Part shown: piece after piece, positions 49,835 through 61,592 of the stretch
How the letters are laid out: each line of letters starts with the position of its first letter
How positions within the stretch are numbered: the first letter of the stretch is position 1
NCBI GenBank assembly: GCA_020057885.1
Contig: JAGVEX010000006.1
Span: 23,850 to 87,849, forward strand
DNA length: 64,000 bases
From: a bacterium
GTDB taxonomy: Bacteria; Patescibacteriota; Patescibacteriia; Veblenbacterales; UBA10138
Direction: 5' to 3'
Position numbers and translations under genes: made by a program
Notes under the pieces: model-generated
Database searches by the model: none
What the model was told of the DNA's origin: nothing
Seen by the model: the letters and a program-made list of their open reading frames with translations, nothing else

Positions 49835-52800
49835 ATGTTTCCTGAACGCGATTATTTAAACGTAAATGACTTTGATTCTATTAGGCTTAAATTAGCCTCG
49901 CCAGAAGGGATTTTGGATTGGTCTTTTGGTGAAGTAACAAAGCCTGAAACTATTAACTACCGCACGCAAAAGCCGGAAAAAGACGGTTTGTTTGATGAGC
50001 GAATTTTTGGTCCGACCAAAGATTGGGAATGTTATTGTGGCAAATATAAACGCATTCGTTATCGTGGCATTGTTTGTGACAAATGTGGTGTGGAAGTTAC
50101 TCGTTCAGTAGTGCGTCGTGAGCGTTTTGGCCATATTCGTTTGGCCTCACCCGTTTCTCATATTTGGTTTTTGCGCGGTGTACCTTCTAAAATTGGTTTG
50201 GTACTCGGGCTTTCAGTACAAGAATTGGAGAAAGTAGTTTACTTTGCTTCATTTATTATTATTTCAGTTGATGAGGTAAAAAAACAGGCGCTCTTAGACC
50301 AAGTAACAAATGAATACAAAACTAAGCGCAAAACCATTGAAAGCGAGGCCCAGCGTCAGGTTGTTGAAGCGGGCAAAAAATTTCAAGGTAAGGATTTGGA
50401 AGCCGAACGTAAATCGCTGGAAGCCTTGAAAAATGAAAAAGTAAAGAAATTAGAAGAGGCTTTTGAAATCGCCCGCCGCGAGCTTAAAGAGTTGCGCGTA
50501 ATGCAAATTATTTCAGAGAGTCAGTATCAAGATCTTTCCTTAAAATATGGTCAAGTATTTGAAGCGTCCATTGGCGCGGAGGCTTTGCGTGAGCTTTTGG
50601 AGCGCGTTAAATTAGAGAATGAAATTAAATTGATTGAATCGGGTCCAGATAAAAATTTACCAGCGAAGCAGAAAAAAATTACTCGTCGCTTAAAATTATT
50701 AAAGAGTTTATTGGCAGTTGGTTTGCGGCCAGAGTGGATGGTATTAACGGTTTTGCCCGTTATTCCGCCAGATTTACGACCAATGGTGCAGCTCGACGGC
50801 GGCCGTTTTGCCACTTCCGATTTAAATGATCTTTATCGCCGTGTGATTAATCGTAATAATCGCCTCAAGCGTCTTTTAGAGTTGAATGCGCCAGAAGTTA
50901 TCTGCCGCAATGAAAAGCGTATGTTACAGGAGGCGGTAGATGCTTTAATTGATAATAGCGCTCGCCACGGCAAAACTGTTACAGCTTCTACAGGTCAGCG
51001 TCGTATGCTTAAATCAATCGCTGATATTCTAAAGGGTAAGCAAGGGCGTTTCCGTCAAAATCTTTTGGGTAAGCGTATTGATTATTCTGGCCGTAGCGTA
51101 ATTGTGGTTGGACCAAAACTTGAATTGCATCAATGCGGTCTGCCCAAGCGTATGGCTTTGGAATTATTTAAACCTTTTATTATTTCCAAACTTATTAAGC
51201 GTGAATTAGTGCATAATGTGAGAAGCGCTAATCGCTTTATTGAATCGGGCCGCAGTGAGGTTTGGGATATTTTGGAAGAAATTATTAAAGGCGCTTATGT
51301 GTTGTTAAACCGCGCGCCTACTTTACACCGTCTTGGTATTCAAGCTTTTCAACCGATTTTGATTGAAGGTAAAGCCATTCAGGTTCATCCACTTGTTTGT
51401 CCGGCTTTTAATGCTGATTTCGATGGCGACCAAATGGCTGTGCATGTCCCGTTAACAGAAGAAGCCAAGTGGGAAGCAGCCAATATTATGCTTTCCTCAA
51501 AAAATCTTTTAAAACCAGCCACTGGTGAGCCAGTATCTACCCCAGCACAAGATATTGTACTTGGCTGTTATTACATGACTAATCAAGCCAAAGTACCAGA
51601 GAGTGCTAAGCCTAAACTTTTTGCTAATAAAAACGAGGCTATTTTGGCTTATCAGAGTGAATATATAAAGTTACAAGAGGCTATTTTGGTGCATTTAAAT
51701 AATGAAAAAACAGAAACCTGCGTAGGACGGATTTTATTTAATGAAATTTTGCCGCCCGAACTTGGCTTTGTCAACAAAACGGTGGATAAAAAAGCCCTTA
51801 AGAATTTAGTGTCCGAATCATTACTTCATTTGGGTATTCCCATTACTGCTAAATTTCTTGATCGATTAAAAGAAATTGGTTTTGATTATCTTACTCGCTC
51901 GGGGCTTTCTTGGGGGATGTCCGATTTGCCGGGATTACCGGAGCGTGAAGAAATTTATAATGAAGCCGAAAACCAAGTGGCAGAAATTAACGACCAATAT
52001 CAACAAGGTTTGCTGACTGAAGAAGAGCGTCATGTTAAAGTAATTGAAATTTGGGCGCAGGTAAAAGAGCGCGTTACAGAGTTTTCTCGACGCGCGTTGC
52101 CTTCGCATGGTTCTGTTTATTCAATGATTGAATCAGGTGCTCGTGGTTCTTGGGGGCAAATTACTCAAATGATGGGTATGAAAGGTTTGGTAACTAACCC
52201 AGGTGGCGAAACCATTGAGTTGCCGGTTAAGGGTAATTTTAAAGAAGGTTTTGATGTACTGGAATATTTTATTTCCACCCACGGCGCCCGTAAAGGTTTA
52301 ACCGATATTGCTTTGCGTACCGCTAACGCTGGTTACCTAACACGTCGTTTGGTAGATGTAGCTCACGATATTGTGGTGGTAGAGGAGGATTGTGGTGATA
52401 AAGAGGGTGTTGTATTAACAGCGGCCGAGAGTGAAGAAATGGGTGATACGTTAGGCGCAAGAGTGGTGGGAAGATTCTTATTTCAAGAAGTTAAGGATCC
52501 TGCGAGCGCTAAAGTGGTGGTAAAAAAGAATGAGTTGGTAAATCTTGAACAAGGTAAATTAATTACTAAAATTAATCCCACCGAACTTAAGGTACGGTCA
52601 GCTTTGTCTTGTAAAACTAAACGTGGTATTTGCCAAAAATGTTATGGCAGTGATTTAGGTTGCAATGCTTTAGTTGAAATTGGTACGGCTGTTGGTATTA
52701 TAGCGGCGCAATCAATTGGTGAGCCAGGCACACAGCTAACTATGCGTACGTTCCATACTGGTGGTGTGGCCTCAGCTGAAGATATTACACAAGGTTTGCC

Positions 52801-53830
52801 GCGCGTGGAAGAAATATTTGAAGCGCGACCAGTTAAGCGCCCAGCTTTATTGTCTCTTGGTCAAGGTCAGGTTAAGGTGGAGAGCCGCGGCCGACAGAAA
52901 TTTATTAAACTTACTTATATGGATAAGGCGGAAGAAAAATTTGTCTTAGCCAAATATCCGGATTGTAAAGTGTTAGTTAAAAAGGGTGCCAAATTAAAGC
53001 CCGGCAACCCGGTATTGAAAATGGGAGAAACTATTGTGCCAACGGTGCATGGGGGTGTAGTTAATCAAGTCGACAATGAGGTGGTGGTTGCTGGTTTTAT
53101 GGAGACTACTAAAGAGTTTGCCGTGCCTATTGGTATGGCGTTGTGGGTTAAAGATGGAGATTTAGTTACGCGTGGCCAACAGCTTACCGAAGGCAGTCTT
53201 GATTTGCATGAACTTTATGCACTTAAAGATAAAGAGGCAGTGCAAAAGTATATTCTTAAAGAAATTCAATACATTTATTCTTCGCAAGGCCAAAAGCTTA
53301 ATGATAAACATATTGAAGTAATAATTCGTCAAATATTCTCTCGCCTTTATATTACTGAACCGGGCGATACCGAACTTTTGCCAGGTGAAGTTGTAACCGT
53401 AGCGCAATTTGGCGAAGCTAACGAGGCCTTGCCCGAAGGTGCCACACCAGCTCAAGGAGATAATTTACTGCTTGGTATTACCAAGTCATCTCTTTCAACC
53501 GACAGTTTCCTTTCAGCCGCCTCGTTCCAAGAAACAGCCCGCGTGCTTATTGATGCCGCGGTTACCGGCAAGGTTGATAAATTGCGTGGGTTAAAAGAAA
53601 ATGTAATTATCGGCCGTTTAATACCAGCAGGTACTGGCTTGGGACCACAAAAGGGTCGTTTGCAGGTTGCTATGGACGAAGTTGAGCATCAGCAGGCCAT
53701 TGCGCGCGTTGCCGCTGCAGCCGCTGCTTCTCAAGCGGCTCAGGAGGCCGCCCAAGCCGCTTTGCTGGCGGAGCAAGCACTGATAGATGGAACCCCAGAG
53801 GAACCTAAAGTTGAGTCCACTCAAATTTAG
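49835..53830 (+). CDS. rpoC: DNA-directed RNA polymerase subunit beta prime
   Basis: Zn finger [16 protein letters not shown], catalytic [12 protein letters not shown], trigger loop and C-terminal clamp. Confidence 0.97.
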   Translation: MFPERDYLNVNDFDSIRLKLASPEGILDWSFGEVTKPETINYRTQKPEKDGLFDERIFGPTKDWECYCGKYKRIRYRGIVCDKCGVEVTRSVVRRERFGHIRLASPVSHIWFLRGVPSKIGLVLGLSVQELEKVVYFASFIIISVDEVKKQALLDQVTNEYKTKRKTIESEAQRQVVEAGKKFQGKDLEAERKSLEALKNEKVKKLEEAFEIARRELKELRVMQIISESQYQDLSLKYGQVFEASIGAEALRELLERVKLENEIKLIESGPDKNLPAKQKKITRRLKLLKSLLAVGLRPEWMVLTVLPVIPPDLRPMVQLDGGRFATSDLNDLYRRVINRNNRLKRLLELNAPEVICRNEKRMLQEAVDALIDNSARHGKTVTASTGQRRMLKSIADILKGKQGRFRQNLLGKRIDYSGRSVIVVGPKLELHQCGLPKRMALELFKPFIISKLIKRELVHNVRSANRFIESGRSEVWDILEEIIKGAYVLLNRAPTLHRLGIQAFQPILIEGKAIQVHPLVCPAFNADFDGDQMAVHVPLTEEAKWEAANIMLSSKNLLKPATGEPVSTPAQDIVLGCYYMTNQAKVPESAKPKLFANKNEAILAYQSEYIKLQEAILVHLNNEKTETCVGRILFNEILPPELGFVNKTVDKKALKNLVSESLLHLGIPITAKFLDRLKEIGFDYLTRSGLSWGMSDLPGLPEREEIYNEAENQVAEINDQYQQGLLTEEERHVKVIEIWAQVKERVTEFSRRALPSHGSVYSMIESGARGSWGQITQMMGMKGLVTNPGGETIELPVKGNFKEGFDVLEYFISTHGARKGLTDIALRTANAGYLTRRLVDVAHDIVVVEEDCGDKEGVVLTAAESEEMGDTLGARVVGRFLFQEVKDPASAKVVVKKNELVNLEQGKLITKINPTELKVRSALSCKTKRGICQKCYGSDLGCNALVEIGTAVGIIAAQSIGEPGTQLTMRTFHTGGVASAEDITQGLPRVEEIFEARPVKRPALLSLGQGQVKVESRGRQKFIKLTYMDKAEEKFVLAKYPDCKVLVKKGAKLKPGNPVLKMGETIVPTVHGGVVNQVDNEVVVAGFMETTKEFAVPIGMALWVKDGDLVTRGQQLTEGSLDLHELYALKDKEAVQKYILKEIQYIYSSQGQKLNDKHIEVIIRQIFSRLYITEPGDTELLPGEVVTVAQFGEANEALPEGATPAQGDNLLLGITKSSLSTDSFLSAASFQETARVLIDAAVTGKVDKLRGLKENVIIGRLIPAGTGLGPQKGRLQVAMDEVEHQQAIARVAAAAAASQAAQEAAQAALLAEQALIDGTPEEPKVESTQI

Positions 53831-53899
53831 AATTTCTACCTACCCTATATTACAATCAGGACGGCGAGTAAACACGACAGAAAAATGTAACTTTTTAAA

Positions 53900-53922
53900 C
53901 CACCTGATAAGGGTGGTTTTTG
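53900..53922 (+). terminator. Rho-independent terminator after rpoC
   Basis: CCACCTGATAAGGGTGG+TTTTT; reverse complement nearly identical to the hairpins at 20726 and 21751. Confidence 0.55.
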
Positions 53923-53990
53923 GTATAAAAAGAGGACTCGCATTTTATACTAAAGATGCGAGTCCCTATTATTGCACTTATTATGGAGTG

Positions 53991-55805
53991 CTATTTATTA
54001 AACAAAGAGTCAATTTCTTTATCGCTCATATGTTTAATTTTGTCCCTTATTGTTTGGACATTTTTTGTGGCTTGTGTCTCTGATGTTCTGATTTCCACTC
54101 TAGATTTAAGCTCACCTTGAGCAGTGGATTTGCTCAATACGATATTTTTATTATCGAATTGAACTACTGGTATAACATCTTCCGGAGTATCGACATATTT
54201 CAGAAAAATGGCGTCACCAGATTTTGTAATAGGTAATTTAGGCGAAAGACCCGCTCCGCATATGAATATATGTGCAAGTGCATTATTGTAAATGTAGTAA
54301 TTACCTTCACGTGGTTCGTATGAAATACGATCTGCAGTTATGGTAATAGTTACTTCATTATGTTTGAACTCCGGGGCAATTTGTTGACCACTGGCTTGTA
54401 ACTGCTTTTGGTAGTCGCGATATGCCTCAAGTTCGTTTTTACCTTCTGCTACAAGCATGTTATTTACATCACAAATGGCGACTTCTTGGAATGTATGATT
54501 CTCACCAAGAACTGGTACGATATATGCCATTGTGCCATATATGTTGTAAAGTACTGGAGAGGATCCGTGCCATTTTTTATAAGACACTTTATTATTTACA
54601 GCAGTTAGTACACCTGTTTCAGTACTTCCTTGCGAACGGTAGTAGAATGTCTCTCCCGTACGGCTATCGATATAGTATAACCCGACCATTGAGTTCTCCA
54701 CACCGTTCGTCGAAGTGATTGCCATGACCCAGTAGGGTTGATGGTCAGCACCGTAGACCAAAGTAGCAGATTCGGGTTGCGTAACATTTTTCTGTGCGAA
54801 TATACTATTCCAGAATCCGCCGGACAACGATCCATGTTGAGTCACGTAGTCTTTGGCAAAACTGGCTGGTACGCAGCGATCAATCCATTTGGGTATGGAT
54901 CCTAAAGCGTGGAAGGTGATTTCACCGGAAGTTGGATTAACAACAGCTACACCGATGGCTTTTTCGCCCCACCAAGAAATTGTTGGTTCGTACACACTGA
55001 CAACCCACCAGGGATTCAGATCTTCGTCCAGCTCGAGCGAAATATCAGTTAGTCCTTTGGACATGTATCCGTTGTACCACAGATGCCGCATCAGATTTTT
55101 GTCGAAGTACGCACCAGGCGTGTACATGAATTTTTTGTCTGATACTACTTTGACCGGGGCATACGGATCGCAGCCATGAACCATGACATATCCTGGAGCA
55201 ACATCGGCGTTCCACCATTTGAAAATATCAATGAAGTCGAGTGGCGCTACATACCACAATTCACCGTGGATGACTTGAAGTGCCATACAATCTTCATCAA
55301 CTTTGAATTGGCTACCTATCACTCCGCCTTGAGCTGACCCGAGTTGTTTATCAGCCAGGAAATTAGCGGCTTCGTTTGAGACCAGTCTAATGTTCTTTGG
55401 GTCTTTGGGTTGGACGTCCTGCGTCCATTGTCGTTCTTGGAATTGACCAATCAAATTAGCATAGTCGTTGGAACGTAGTAATGTGCAGCCGCTGCAACCA
55501 GAGACGAAGAGACTAAATATTCCGATTACTGGAAGCGCCCAAGTTAGCACCATATTGGCATCAGATGATCTATACCCGATAGGAACTGTGCCGGCAATTG
55601 CAGATATAATCGTCCAGACTATTGTGAAGATTGTAACCAGACCACCGAGTGGCCAGACCAACGAGGGTACTATGCAGTAGAAAAGCAGCCACGAGAGGAG
55701 GAAGTACACTGCAGCCAGAATAGCTGCGACGGTCCATCTTTTTGAAAATAGGACCGGTACCGTTCCTATTGCTGCCGATAACAGCGCAAACAAGAAGAAT
55801 AACAT
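53991..55805 (-). CDS. Hypothetical membrane-anchored protein (3 N-terminal TM helices plus about 480-aa Trp/Tyr-rich extracytoplasmic domain)
   Basis: 604-aa ORF; codon usage (TTC, CTC, GTC, TAC, ACA, ATA rich) clearly different from flanking rpoC and ftsK; no family recognised. Confidence 0.55.
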   Translation of the reverse strand: MLFFLFALLSAAIGTVPVLFSKRWTVAAILAAVYFLLSWLLFYCIVPSLVWPLGGLVTIFTIVWTIISAIAGTVPIGYRSSDANMVLTWALPVIGIFSLFVSGCSGCTLLRSNDYANLIGQFQERQWTQDVQPKDPKNIRLVSNEAANFLADKQLGSAQGGVIGSQFKVDEDCMALQVIHGELWYVAPLDFIDIFKWWNADVAPGYVMVHGCDPYAPVKVVSDKKFMYTPGAYFDKNLMRHLWYNGYMSKGLTDISLELDEDLNPWWVVSVYEPTISWWGEKAIGVAVVNPTSGEITFHALGSIPKWIDRCVPASFAKDYVTQHGSLSGGFWNSIFAQKNVTQPESATLVYGADHQPYWVMAITSTNGVENSMVGLYYIDSRTGETFYYRSQGSTETGVLTAVNNKVSYKKWHGSSPVLYNIYGTMAYIVPVLGENHTFQEVAICDVNNMLVAEGKNELEAYRDYQKQLQASGQQIAPEFKHNEVTITITADRISYEPREGNYYIYNNALAHIFICGAGLSPKLPITKSGDAIFLKYVDTPEDVIPVVQFDNKNIVLSKSTAQGELKSRVEIRTSETQATKNVQTIRDKIKHMSDKEIDSLFNK

Positions 55806-56044
55806 GATTTTACCTTTCAGTTATTTATAGATGGTTGTGATTTGTGATTTATTTTTATAGTTTATAGTTCTCTTCTAGACGCTATAAAAAGTGCCCAAAA
55901 GAGAACCATAAACGTTTGTTAAAGAACAAGGTAGTATGGCCTATCTAGGTACTTTTGTCAAGAGTAATCTTTTCTGGCGGATAAATTTGCTTGTTTGCCC
56001 AGTTAATTATATTAGCTTTTTTGCCTAAAATTAGCTATGATTAA

Positions 56045-58273
56045 ATGGTATTATTTATGGCTAAACCTAATTTTGATAACGAAAAAGGTAGGTTCAAGAA
56101 TGGCTCAGGTGCTAATTTATCATCTGCCACAAAACATGGTTTGGTAGTGGTTTTTTTATTTGCCATCACTATAATAATCACTCTATCTTTTTTTAACTTA
56201 GCCGGTGTAGTAGGCGAGTCTATTAAATACAGTTTAAAAATTCTTTTAGGTTGGGGAGCTTATGGCGTACCATTATTACTTTTAGGTGTGGCGTATTCTT
56301 TACTTCCTGGCGAGCGCACTTGGCACTGGCTTCATGGTTTAGGGTTACTTTTAATGGTGATAGGTATAACCGGTTTGTTTCACTCCACTTTGCCTGTAGC
56401 TGATCGTTTAATAGCCGCGCATAAGGGGAGTGGGGGCGGATATTTGGGGTGGGCAAGCTTAACTCCATTAGCTAGGTTTTTGGGTTTTTGGGGTGCGATT
56501 GTTTTTTTATTAGCTTTAGTGCTAGCCGGAATTTTACTTTTATTTGAAACATCTTTACAGAGTTTGTATGAACGTTTGCGTAAAATTGCCCAAGGCTTTC
56601 GTGGCCGCGCTAAATTACCGCAGGTTAATTTTCCGGAAATTCCTAAATCCCAAAGTTCTTCAGTGGTGGAAGAAACTTCTTTATCATCGTTTAAAAAAGT
56701 TTTTCAAAGTCGTAGTCTGGCGGAAAAAGGACCAGTGCAACCTCCACTTTTGGAAATAAGATCAACTAAATCTCGCGCCCCAAAACTTTCCCTCGATTTG
56801 TTAGAAGATCGTGTGGGCAAGCCAACCTCTGGCGACATTGAGGCTAATATGGAAAAAATTCGCAAGACTTTGCAGAATTTTGGTATTGAAGTGGAAATGG
56901 GAACTGTTAATGTTGGGCCTACAGTTACGCAATACACTCTAGCGCCAGCCGAAGGGGTTAAGCTTTCTCAAATTACAGCGTTAGCTAACGATTTAGCTTT
57001 AGCGCTGGCGGCTCACCCTATACGTATTGAAGCGCCTATTCCTGGGAAATCATTAGTTGGTATTGAGGTACCCAATCAAGTGGTAGCTACAGTGGGGCTT
57101 AAAGAAATTTTGCAGTCGGAGGTTTTTAAAAAGCGCGCTTCTAACCTAACAGTGGCCATTGGTAAAGATGTTGCTGGCTCAGCTTTTGTGGCTGATATTG
57201 ATAGAATGCCTCACCTTTTAATTGCCGGTGCCACCGGTTCTGGTAAATCTGTTTGTATTAATTCAATAATTGTTTCTTTGTTGTATACTAACTCGCCTGA
57301 TGATTTGAAATTTATTATTATTGATCCCAAACGGGTGGAGTTGGCTTCTTATAATGATATTCCCCATCTCTTAACTCCAGTAGTAACAGATGTTAATAAA
57401 ACTATTAATGCACTCAAATGGGTAGTAGCGGAAATGGACAGGCGTTATCAAATACTTTCGGTGAGTGGTAAGCGTAATTTATATTCACATAATCAAGAGG
57501 CTGAAGAACGAATTCCATATTTGTTGGTAGTAATAGACGAATTGGCCGATTTAATGGCGGTAGCCGCGGCTGATGTGGAAACAGCTATTATCCGTTTAGC
57601 GCAAATGGCCCGTGCCGTTGGCATTCATTTGATAGTAGCCACACAGCGGCCTTCAGTGGATGTTATCACCGGACTCATTAAGGCTAACATTACTTCGCGT
57701 ATAGCGTTCGCCGTGGCTTCGGGAACTGATTCTAGAACTATTTTAGACACCAGTGGAGCGGAAAAATTATTGGGCCGGGGTGATTGTTTGTTTGTATCGG
57801 CCGAACTTTCTAAACCAAAACGTTTGCAGGCCGCCTTTATTGGTGATGCGGAAATTGAGCGTGTAACTGCAACTCTTAAAGAAACCGATCAACCGGATTA
57901 TAACCCAGAAGTTGTTTCTAAAACTCAATTTTCAAATGGCGTGGCCTCTGCGGGCAGTAGTGGCGATGACGAACTTTTAAGTGAAGCCAAACTAGTTGTA
58001 GTACGAGCCGGTAAAGCTTCAGCCTCATTACTACAACGTCGTTTAAGAGTTGGTTACGCGCGAGCCGCCAGGCTTTTAGATTTATTAGAGGAGCAAGGAA
58101 TAATTGGTCCAGGCGATGGTGCTAAGCCTCGCAATGTGTTAGTTAACAGAAACGATATAGAACAAGATTTTACCACTATGCCAGAAGAAACAGGTGAAGA
58201 AGTGACGACCGACGAAGAGATTGTTGAATCAGATAATAACGATGAAACACCAGAAGATGATAAAATTCAATAA
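56045..58273 (+). CDS. ftsK: DNA translocase FtsK/SpoIIIE
   Basis: N-terminal TM segments, motor domain HLLIAGATGSGKSVCINSII, C-terminal winged-helix gamma domain LLQRRLRVGYARAARLLDLLEEQGIIGP. Confidence 0.9.
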   Translation: MVLFMAKPNFDNEKGRFKNGSGANLSSATKHGLVVVFLFAITIIITLSFFNLAGVVGESIKYSLKILLGWGAYGVPLLLLGVAYSLLPGERTWHWLHGLGLLLMVIGITGLFHSTLPVADRLIAAHKGSGGGYLGWASLTPLARFLGFWGAIVFLLALVLAGILLLFETSLQSLYERLRKIAQGFRGRAKLPQVNFPEIPKSQSSSVVEETSLSSFKKVFQSRSLAEKGPVQPPLLEIRSTKSRAPKLSLDLLEDRVGKPTSGDIEANMEKIRKTLQNFGIEVEMGTVNVGPTVTQYTLAPAEGVKLSQITALANDLALALAAHPIRIEAPIPGKSLVGIEVPNQVVATVGLKEILQSEVFKKRASNLTVAIGKDVAGSAFVADIDRMPHLLIAGATGSGKSVCINSIIVSLLYTNSPDDLKFIIIDPKRVELASYNDIPHLLTPVVTDVNKTINALKWVVAEMDRRYQILSVSGKRNLYSHNQEAEERIPYLLVVIDELADLMAVAAADVETAIIRLAQMARAVGIHLIVATQRPSVDVITGLIKANITSRIAFAVASGTDSRTILDTSGAEKLLGRGDCLFVSAELSKPKRLQAAFIGDAEIERVTATLKETDQPDYNPEVVSKTQFSNGVASAGSSGDDELLSEAKLVVVRAGKASASLLQRRLRVGYARAARLLDLLEEQGIIGPGDGAKPRNVLVNRNDIEQDFTTMPEETGEEVTTDEEIVESDNNDETPEDDKIQ

Positions 58274-58287
58274 TATTTAAAAGTTGT

Positions 58288-58983
58288 ATGGGGCGATTTT
58301 CTATACACCAAATATCGTCAGTAAGTGGGGGCGTGGAGACATTACGGGCAACGCGTGAAAAAAAAGGTTTTAAATTAGCACAAGTGGCCAAGCTTTTAAA
58401 ATTACCTGTTAAATATTTGGAGGCTTTGGAAGCGGGCGAGTGGTATGAGTTGCCGCACGGTAATTACGCCCGTTATTTTTTACGCGCTTACGCTAATTTT
58501 TTAGGTATAGCGCCAGAGCCGTTGTTACAAGAATTGGAACAGGTGGTAGAGCAGAAAGATTTACCAACAACAACCGTTTCTACTATTAAAGGAAAACATT
58601 TAAATAAACCACTCACTCATCCTTTTCGTCGCTTACTTTTAATTTTAGTAGTTTTGGGCATATTAGTTTATTTGGGTTTGGTGGCTTGGCGTACTTTTTT
58701 GCCGCCTTCGCTTAATATAATTAGTCCAGCCATTGATTTTACTACCAGCTCGTCTATTGTAGTAGTGAGTGGAATAACTAAACCAGGCGTGCAAATAACT
58801 ATTAATACTGAAGCAGTACAAGTTAATAACGAAGGTCGGTTTAGTATACCAGTTTCCTTAATCCCGGGGCTTAATACAATTGTTGTGACAGCTCAAAAAA
58901 CTTATAGTCAGCCAGTTATAGTGTCAAGACAAGTTCTCTATACGCCAATAGTTGGCGAGAGCAATAGCTCTGTGGTACCATAA
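58288..58983 (+). CDS. RodZ-like HTH (XRE-type) domain protein with TM segment
   Basis: N-terminal HTH LRATREKKGFKLAQVAKLLKLPVKYLEALE.G.W..LP then a TM helix and extracellular domain. Confidence 0.5.
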   Translation: MGRFSIHQISSVSGGVETLRATREKKGFKLAQVAKLLKLPVKYLEALEAGEWYELPHGNYARYFLRAYANFLGIAPEPLLQELEQVVEQKDLPTTTVSTIKGKHLNKPLTHPFRRLLLILVVLGILVYLGLVAWRTFLPPSLNIISPAIDFTTSSSIVVVSGITKPGVQITINTEAVQVNNEGRFSIPVSLIPGLNTIVVTAQKTYSQPVIVSRQVLYTPIVGESNSSVVP

Positions 58984-59016
58984 ATAAAGAGATATTAATT
59001 TTTTAAAGATTATCTT

Positions 59017-60063
59017 ATGCCACCAGTAAAAAAAGATAACATTAAAAAAACTACACCAGAACTTAGTGAACGCGGCAAGGCGGCTCAGCTTGCTATAGAT
59101 CAGATTAAAGAACGTTTTGGTGAGGGCGCCATTATGAAATTAGGTGAGGCGCACGCTATGGCAGTAGATTCTATTCCCACTGGTTGTTTAACCCTTGATC
59201 TGGCTTTGGGCGTGGGCGGTATGCCAAGGGGACGTGTGGTGGAAATTTATGGTCCAGAGGCTTCTGGCAAAACCACTCTTACACTTCATGTGATTGCCGA
59301 AGTACAAAAACTTGGCGGTTTAGCCGCTTTTGTGGATGCAGAGCATGCACTTGATCCAGTTTATGCTAAAAAAATTGGCGTGAATATTGATGAACTTTTT
59401 ATTTCTCAACCGGATACTGGCGAGCAGGCTTTGGATATTGTGGATACTTTGGTTCGTTCCAACGGGGTGGATGTAATTGTAATTGATTCGGTGGCCGCCC
59501 TAACGCCCAAAGCAGAAATCGAAGGTGATATGGGAGATTCACATATGGGGTTGCAGGCTCGGTTAATGAGTCAGGCTTTGCGCAAGTTAACTGCCATTAT
59601 TTCTAAATCTAAAACCGTGGTTATTTTCTTAAACCAAACTCGCATGAAAATCGGCGTATTTTTTGGCAACCCCGAGACCACTACCGGTGGTATGGCGCTT
59701 AAATTTTATTCTTCGGTGCGTTTGGAAATTCGGCGGATTGGCCAGCTTAAACAAGGCGAGCAAATGATAGGCAATCGCGTACGCGTGAAAGTAGTTAAGA
59801 ATAAGGTGGCGCCGCCATTTCAAGTAGCCGAGTTTGATATTATGTATAATGAAGGCATTTCCTTAAGTGGTGATTTGGTTGATGCTGGTGTTCAACATGA
59901 AATAGTAAAAAAGCTTGGCAATACGATTTCTTTTGGCGAAACTAAATTAGGCGTTGGCAGGGAACAGGCTAAACAATTTTTGCGTGAAAATCCTAAAGTA
60001 GCCAAAGAAATTAGAGAAGCAGTGTGGCAAAAGGTGAAGCAGGCCAGAGCCGCAGAAAAGTAA
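59017..60063 (+). CDS. recA: Recombinase RecA
   Basis: [20 protein letters not shown] Walker [15 protein letters not shown]2 loop region. Confidence 0.95.
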   Translation: MPPVKKDNIKKTTPELSERGKAAQLAIDQIKERFGEGAIMKLGEAHAMAVDSIPTGCLTLDLALGVGGMPRGRVVEIYGPEASGKTTLTLHVIAEVQKLGGLAAFVDAEHALDPVYAKKIGVNIDELFISQPDTGEQALDIVDTLVRSNGVDVIVIDSVAALTPKAEIEGDMGDSHMGLQARLMSQALRKLTAIISKSKTVVIFLNQTRMKIGVFFGNPETTTGGMALKFYSSVRLEIRRIGQLKQGEQMIGNRVRVKVVKNKVAPPFQVAEFDIMYNEGISLSGDLVDAGVQHEIVKKLGNTISFGETKLGVGREQAKQFLRENPKVAKEIREAVWQKVKQARAAEK

Positions 60064-60257
60064 AGAGATTAAATGTAGTTTGAACAATAGTATTTAGTAT
60101 GATTTGACTTGTCTGTCGCGGAATCCCGTAGTGGGCTTGGCTATACTATGGGATAAAAACCCAACGCGCGGTAGAGAAATAGTTTTGATAACAATTATAA
60201 TATTAAAAAAGAGTTTCCGTTTTAGGAAACTCTTTTATGTTGGTGGTTATTTTAATT

Positions 60258-60860
60258 CTAATCCATGATTTTTCTTCGAAATGGAATGTCTGGAGAAGAA
60301 TCACCTTCTTTTCGTGCCTCTAATCCCATAGGGCCAGTACATCTTTTTAGCATATCTTTGCCGCCGGTGATTAATTTATCAAGCAAGCTTAAGAATTGCA
60401 TGACCACAGCCATAGTTATTGATGGTATTTCAATTGGTTCATTTAGGTTGGGCATGCAAAGCTCGAGTGTCTTTGGTTCATTTTCGTCAATTTTTTTGTA
60501 TACCAACCTGATTACGGCGGCGTCCAAACCACTAGATTTTTCAATAATGTGTAGTGGCAACTTTTCAAGAAAGAAAGAATATAGTTCTAATTTCATATAG
60601 TTGCCATTATTCAAAATACTAAGTACTAGTGTGAGTGGTACATTATTATTTATTTTCATTTTACCAAGTATGGTGTATTCTGGTGATTCATTTTTGGTTT
60701 TTAAATAAATCGAATCAGTGCCAATCAAGCAATGAAACATTTTCATTATTACGTCCTTTAATCGTATATTGGTAAAACGATTAATTATTTGTTCCACTAA
60801 TTTATAATCAGTTTGTATAAATAATTCTGATTCTATTACAAGGTCCGATGTTGAGTTCAT
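60258..60860 (-). CDS. Hypothetical protein (AT-rich, no family recognised)
   Basis: 200-aa ORF with strong terminator hairpin downstream (60208-60235); composition more AT-rich than neighbours. Confidence 0.4.
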   Translation of the reverse strand: MNSTSDLVIESELFIQTDYKLVEQIINRFTNIRLKDVIMKMFHCLIGTDSIYLKTKNESPEYTILGKMKINNNVPLTLVLSILNNGNYMKLELYSFFLEKLPLHIIEKSSGLDAAVIRLVYKKIDENEPKTLELCMPNLNEPIEIPSITMAVVMQFLSLLDKLITGGKDMLKRCTGPMGLEARKEGDSSPDIPFRRKIMD

Positions 60861-61003
60861 TTTAATTATCCTTTTTATTAGTTTATATTTATTTTTTATG
60901 TTTAGATTTTTTAAAACTTTAACACATATAGTAATTTTGTCAACTATTTGTTAACAAAACAACGCCATTTTAATGGCGTTGTTTATAGTACAATTTATTA
61001 TAA

Positions 61004-61570
61004 TTAAGCCCTTTCTACATATTGGCCTGTTTCGGTGTTTATCATTAACATTTCGTCATTCTTAATAAATAGAGGTACATTTACCGTTAAACCAGTTTCT
61101 AATTTAGCTTGTTTAAATCCGCCGGTGGCAGTGTCGCCACGTACGCCAGGAGCCGTTTCTATAACCTTAAGTGATACTTTATTAGGAAGCTCCACGGTAA
61201 TTGGCAGGTTGTTGAAATTTAAAATGTTAACTTCCAAACCGTCTTTAAGGTAGTTTATTTGTTCGCCCAGTATTTCTCTGGGAAAATCAAATTGTTCAAA
61301 AGTTTCCTGATTCATAAAATGGCAGTGCGTATCGTCGGCGTAAAGAAAGTTAGCTTTGGTGCGTGACATATCAGCCTCTTCCACTTTGTCACCCGGCTTA
61401 AAACTTTGTTCCAGCACGCGGCCAGTGAAAAGATGACGAAGTTTAGTGCGCATTACTGGTTTGCGCTGTGCGGTACGCATAAAAGAAGCCTCTAGCACTT
61501 GATAAGGCTCGCTGTTCACTAATATATTTAAGCCAACTTTAATTGAATTTAAGGATGGAAGAACCGGCAT
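61004..61570 (-). CDS. efp: Elongation factor P
   Basis: VGLNILVNSEPYQVLEASFMRTAQRKPVMRTKLRHLFTGRV matches the EF-P N-terminal domain including the conserved K-loop region. Confidence 0.9.
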   Translation of the reverse strand: MPVLPSLNSIKVGLNILVNSEPYQVLEASFMRTAQRKPVMRTKLRHLFTGRVLEQSFKPGDKVEEADMSRTKANFLYADDTHCHFMNQETFEQFDFPREILGEQINYLKDGLEVNILNFNNLPITVELPNKVSLKVIETAPGVRGDTATGGFKQAKLETGLTVNVPLFIKNDEMLMINTETGQYVERA

Positions 61571-61592
61571 AAAATAATAACAACTCGTGTGC

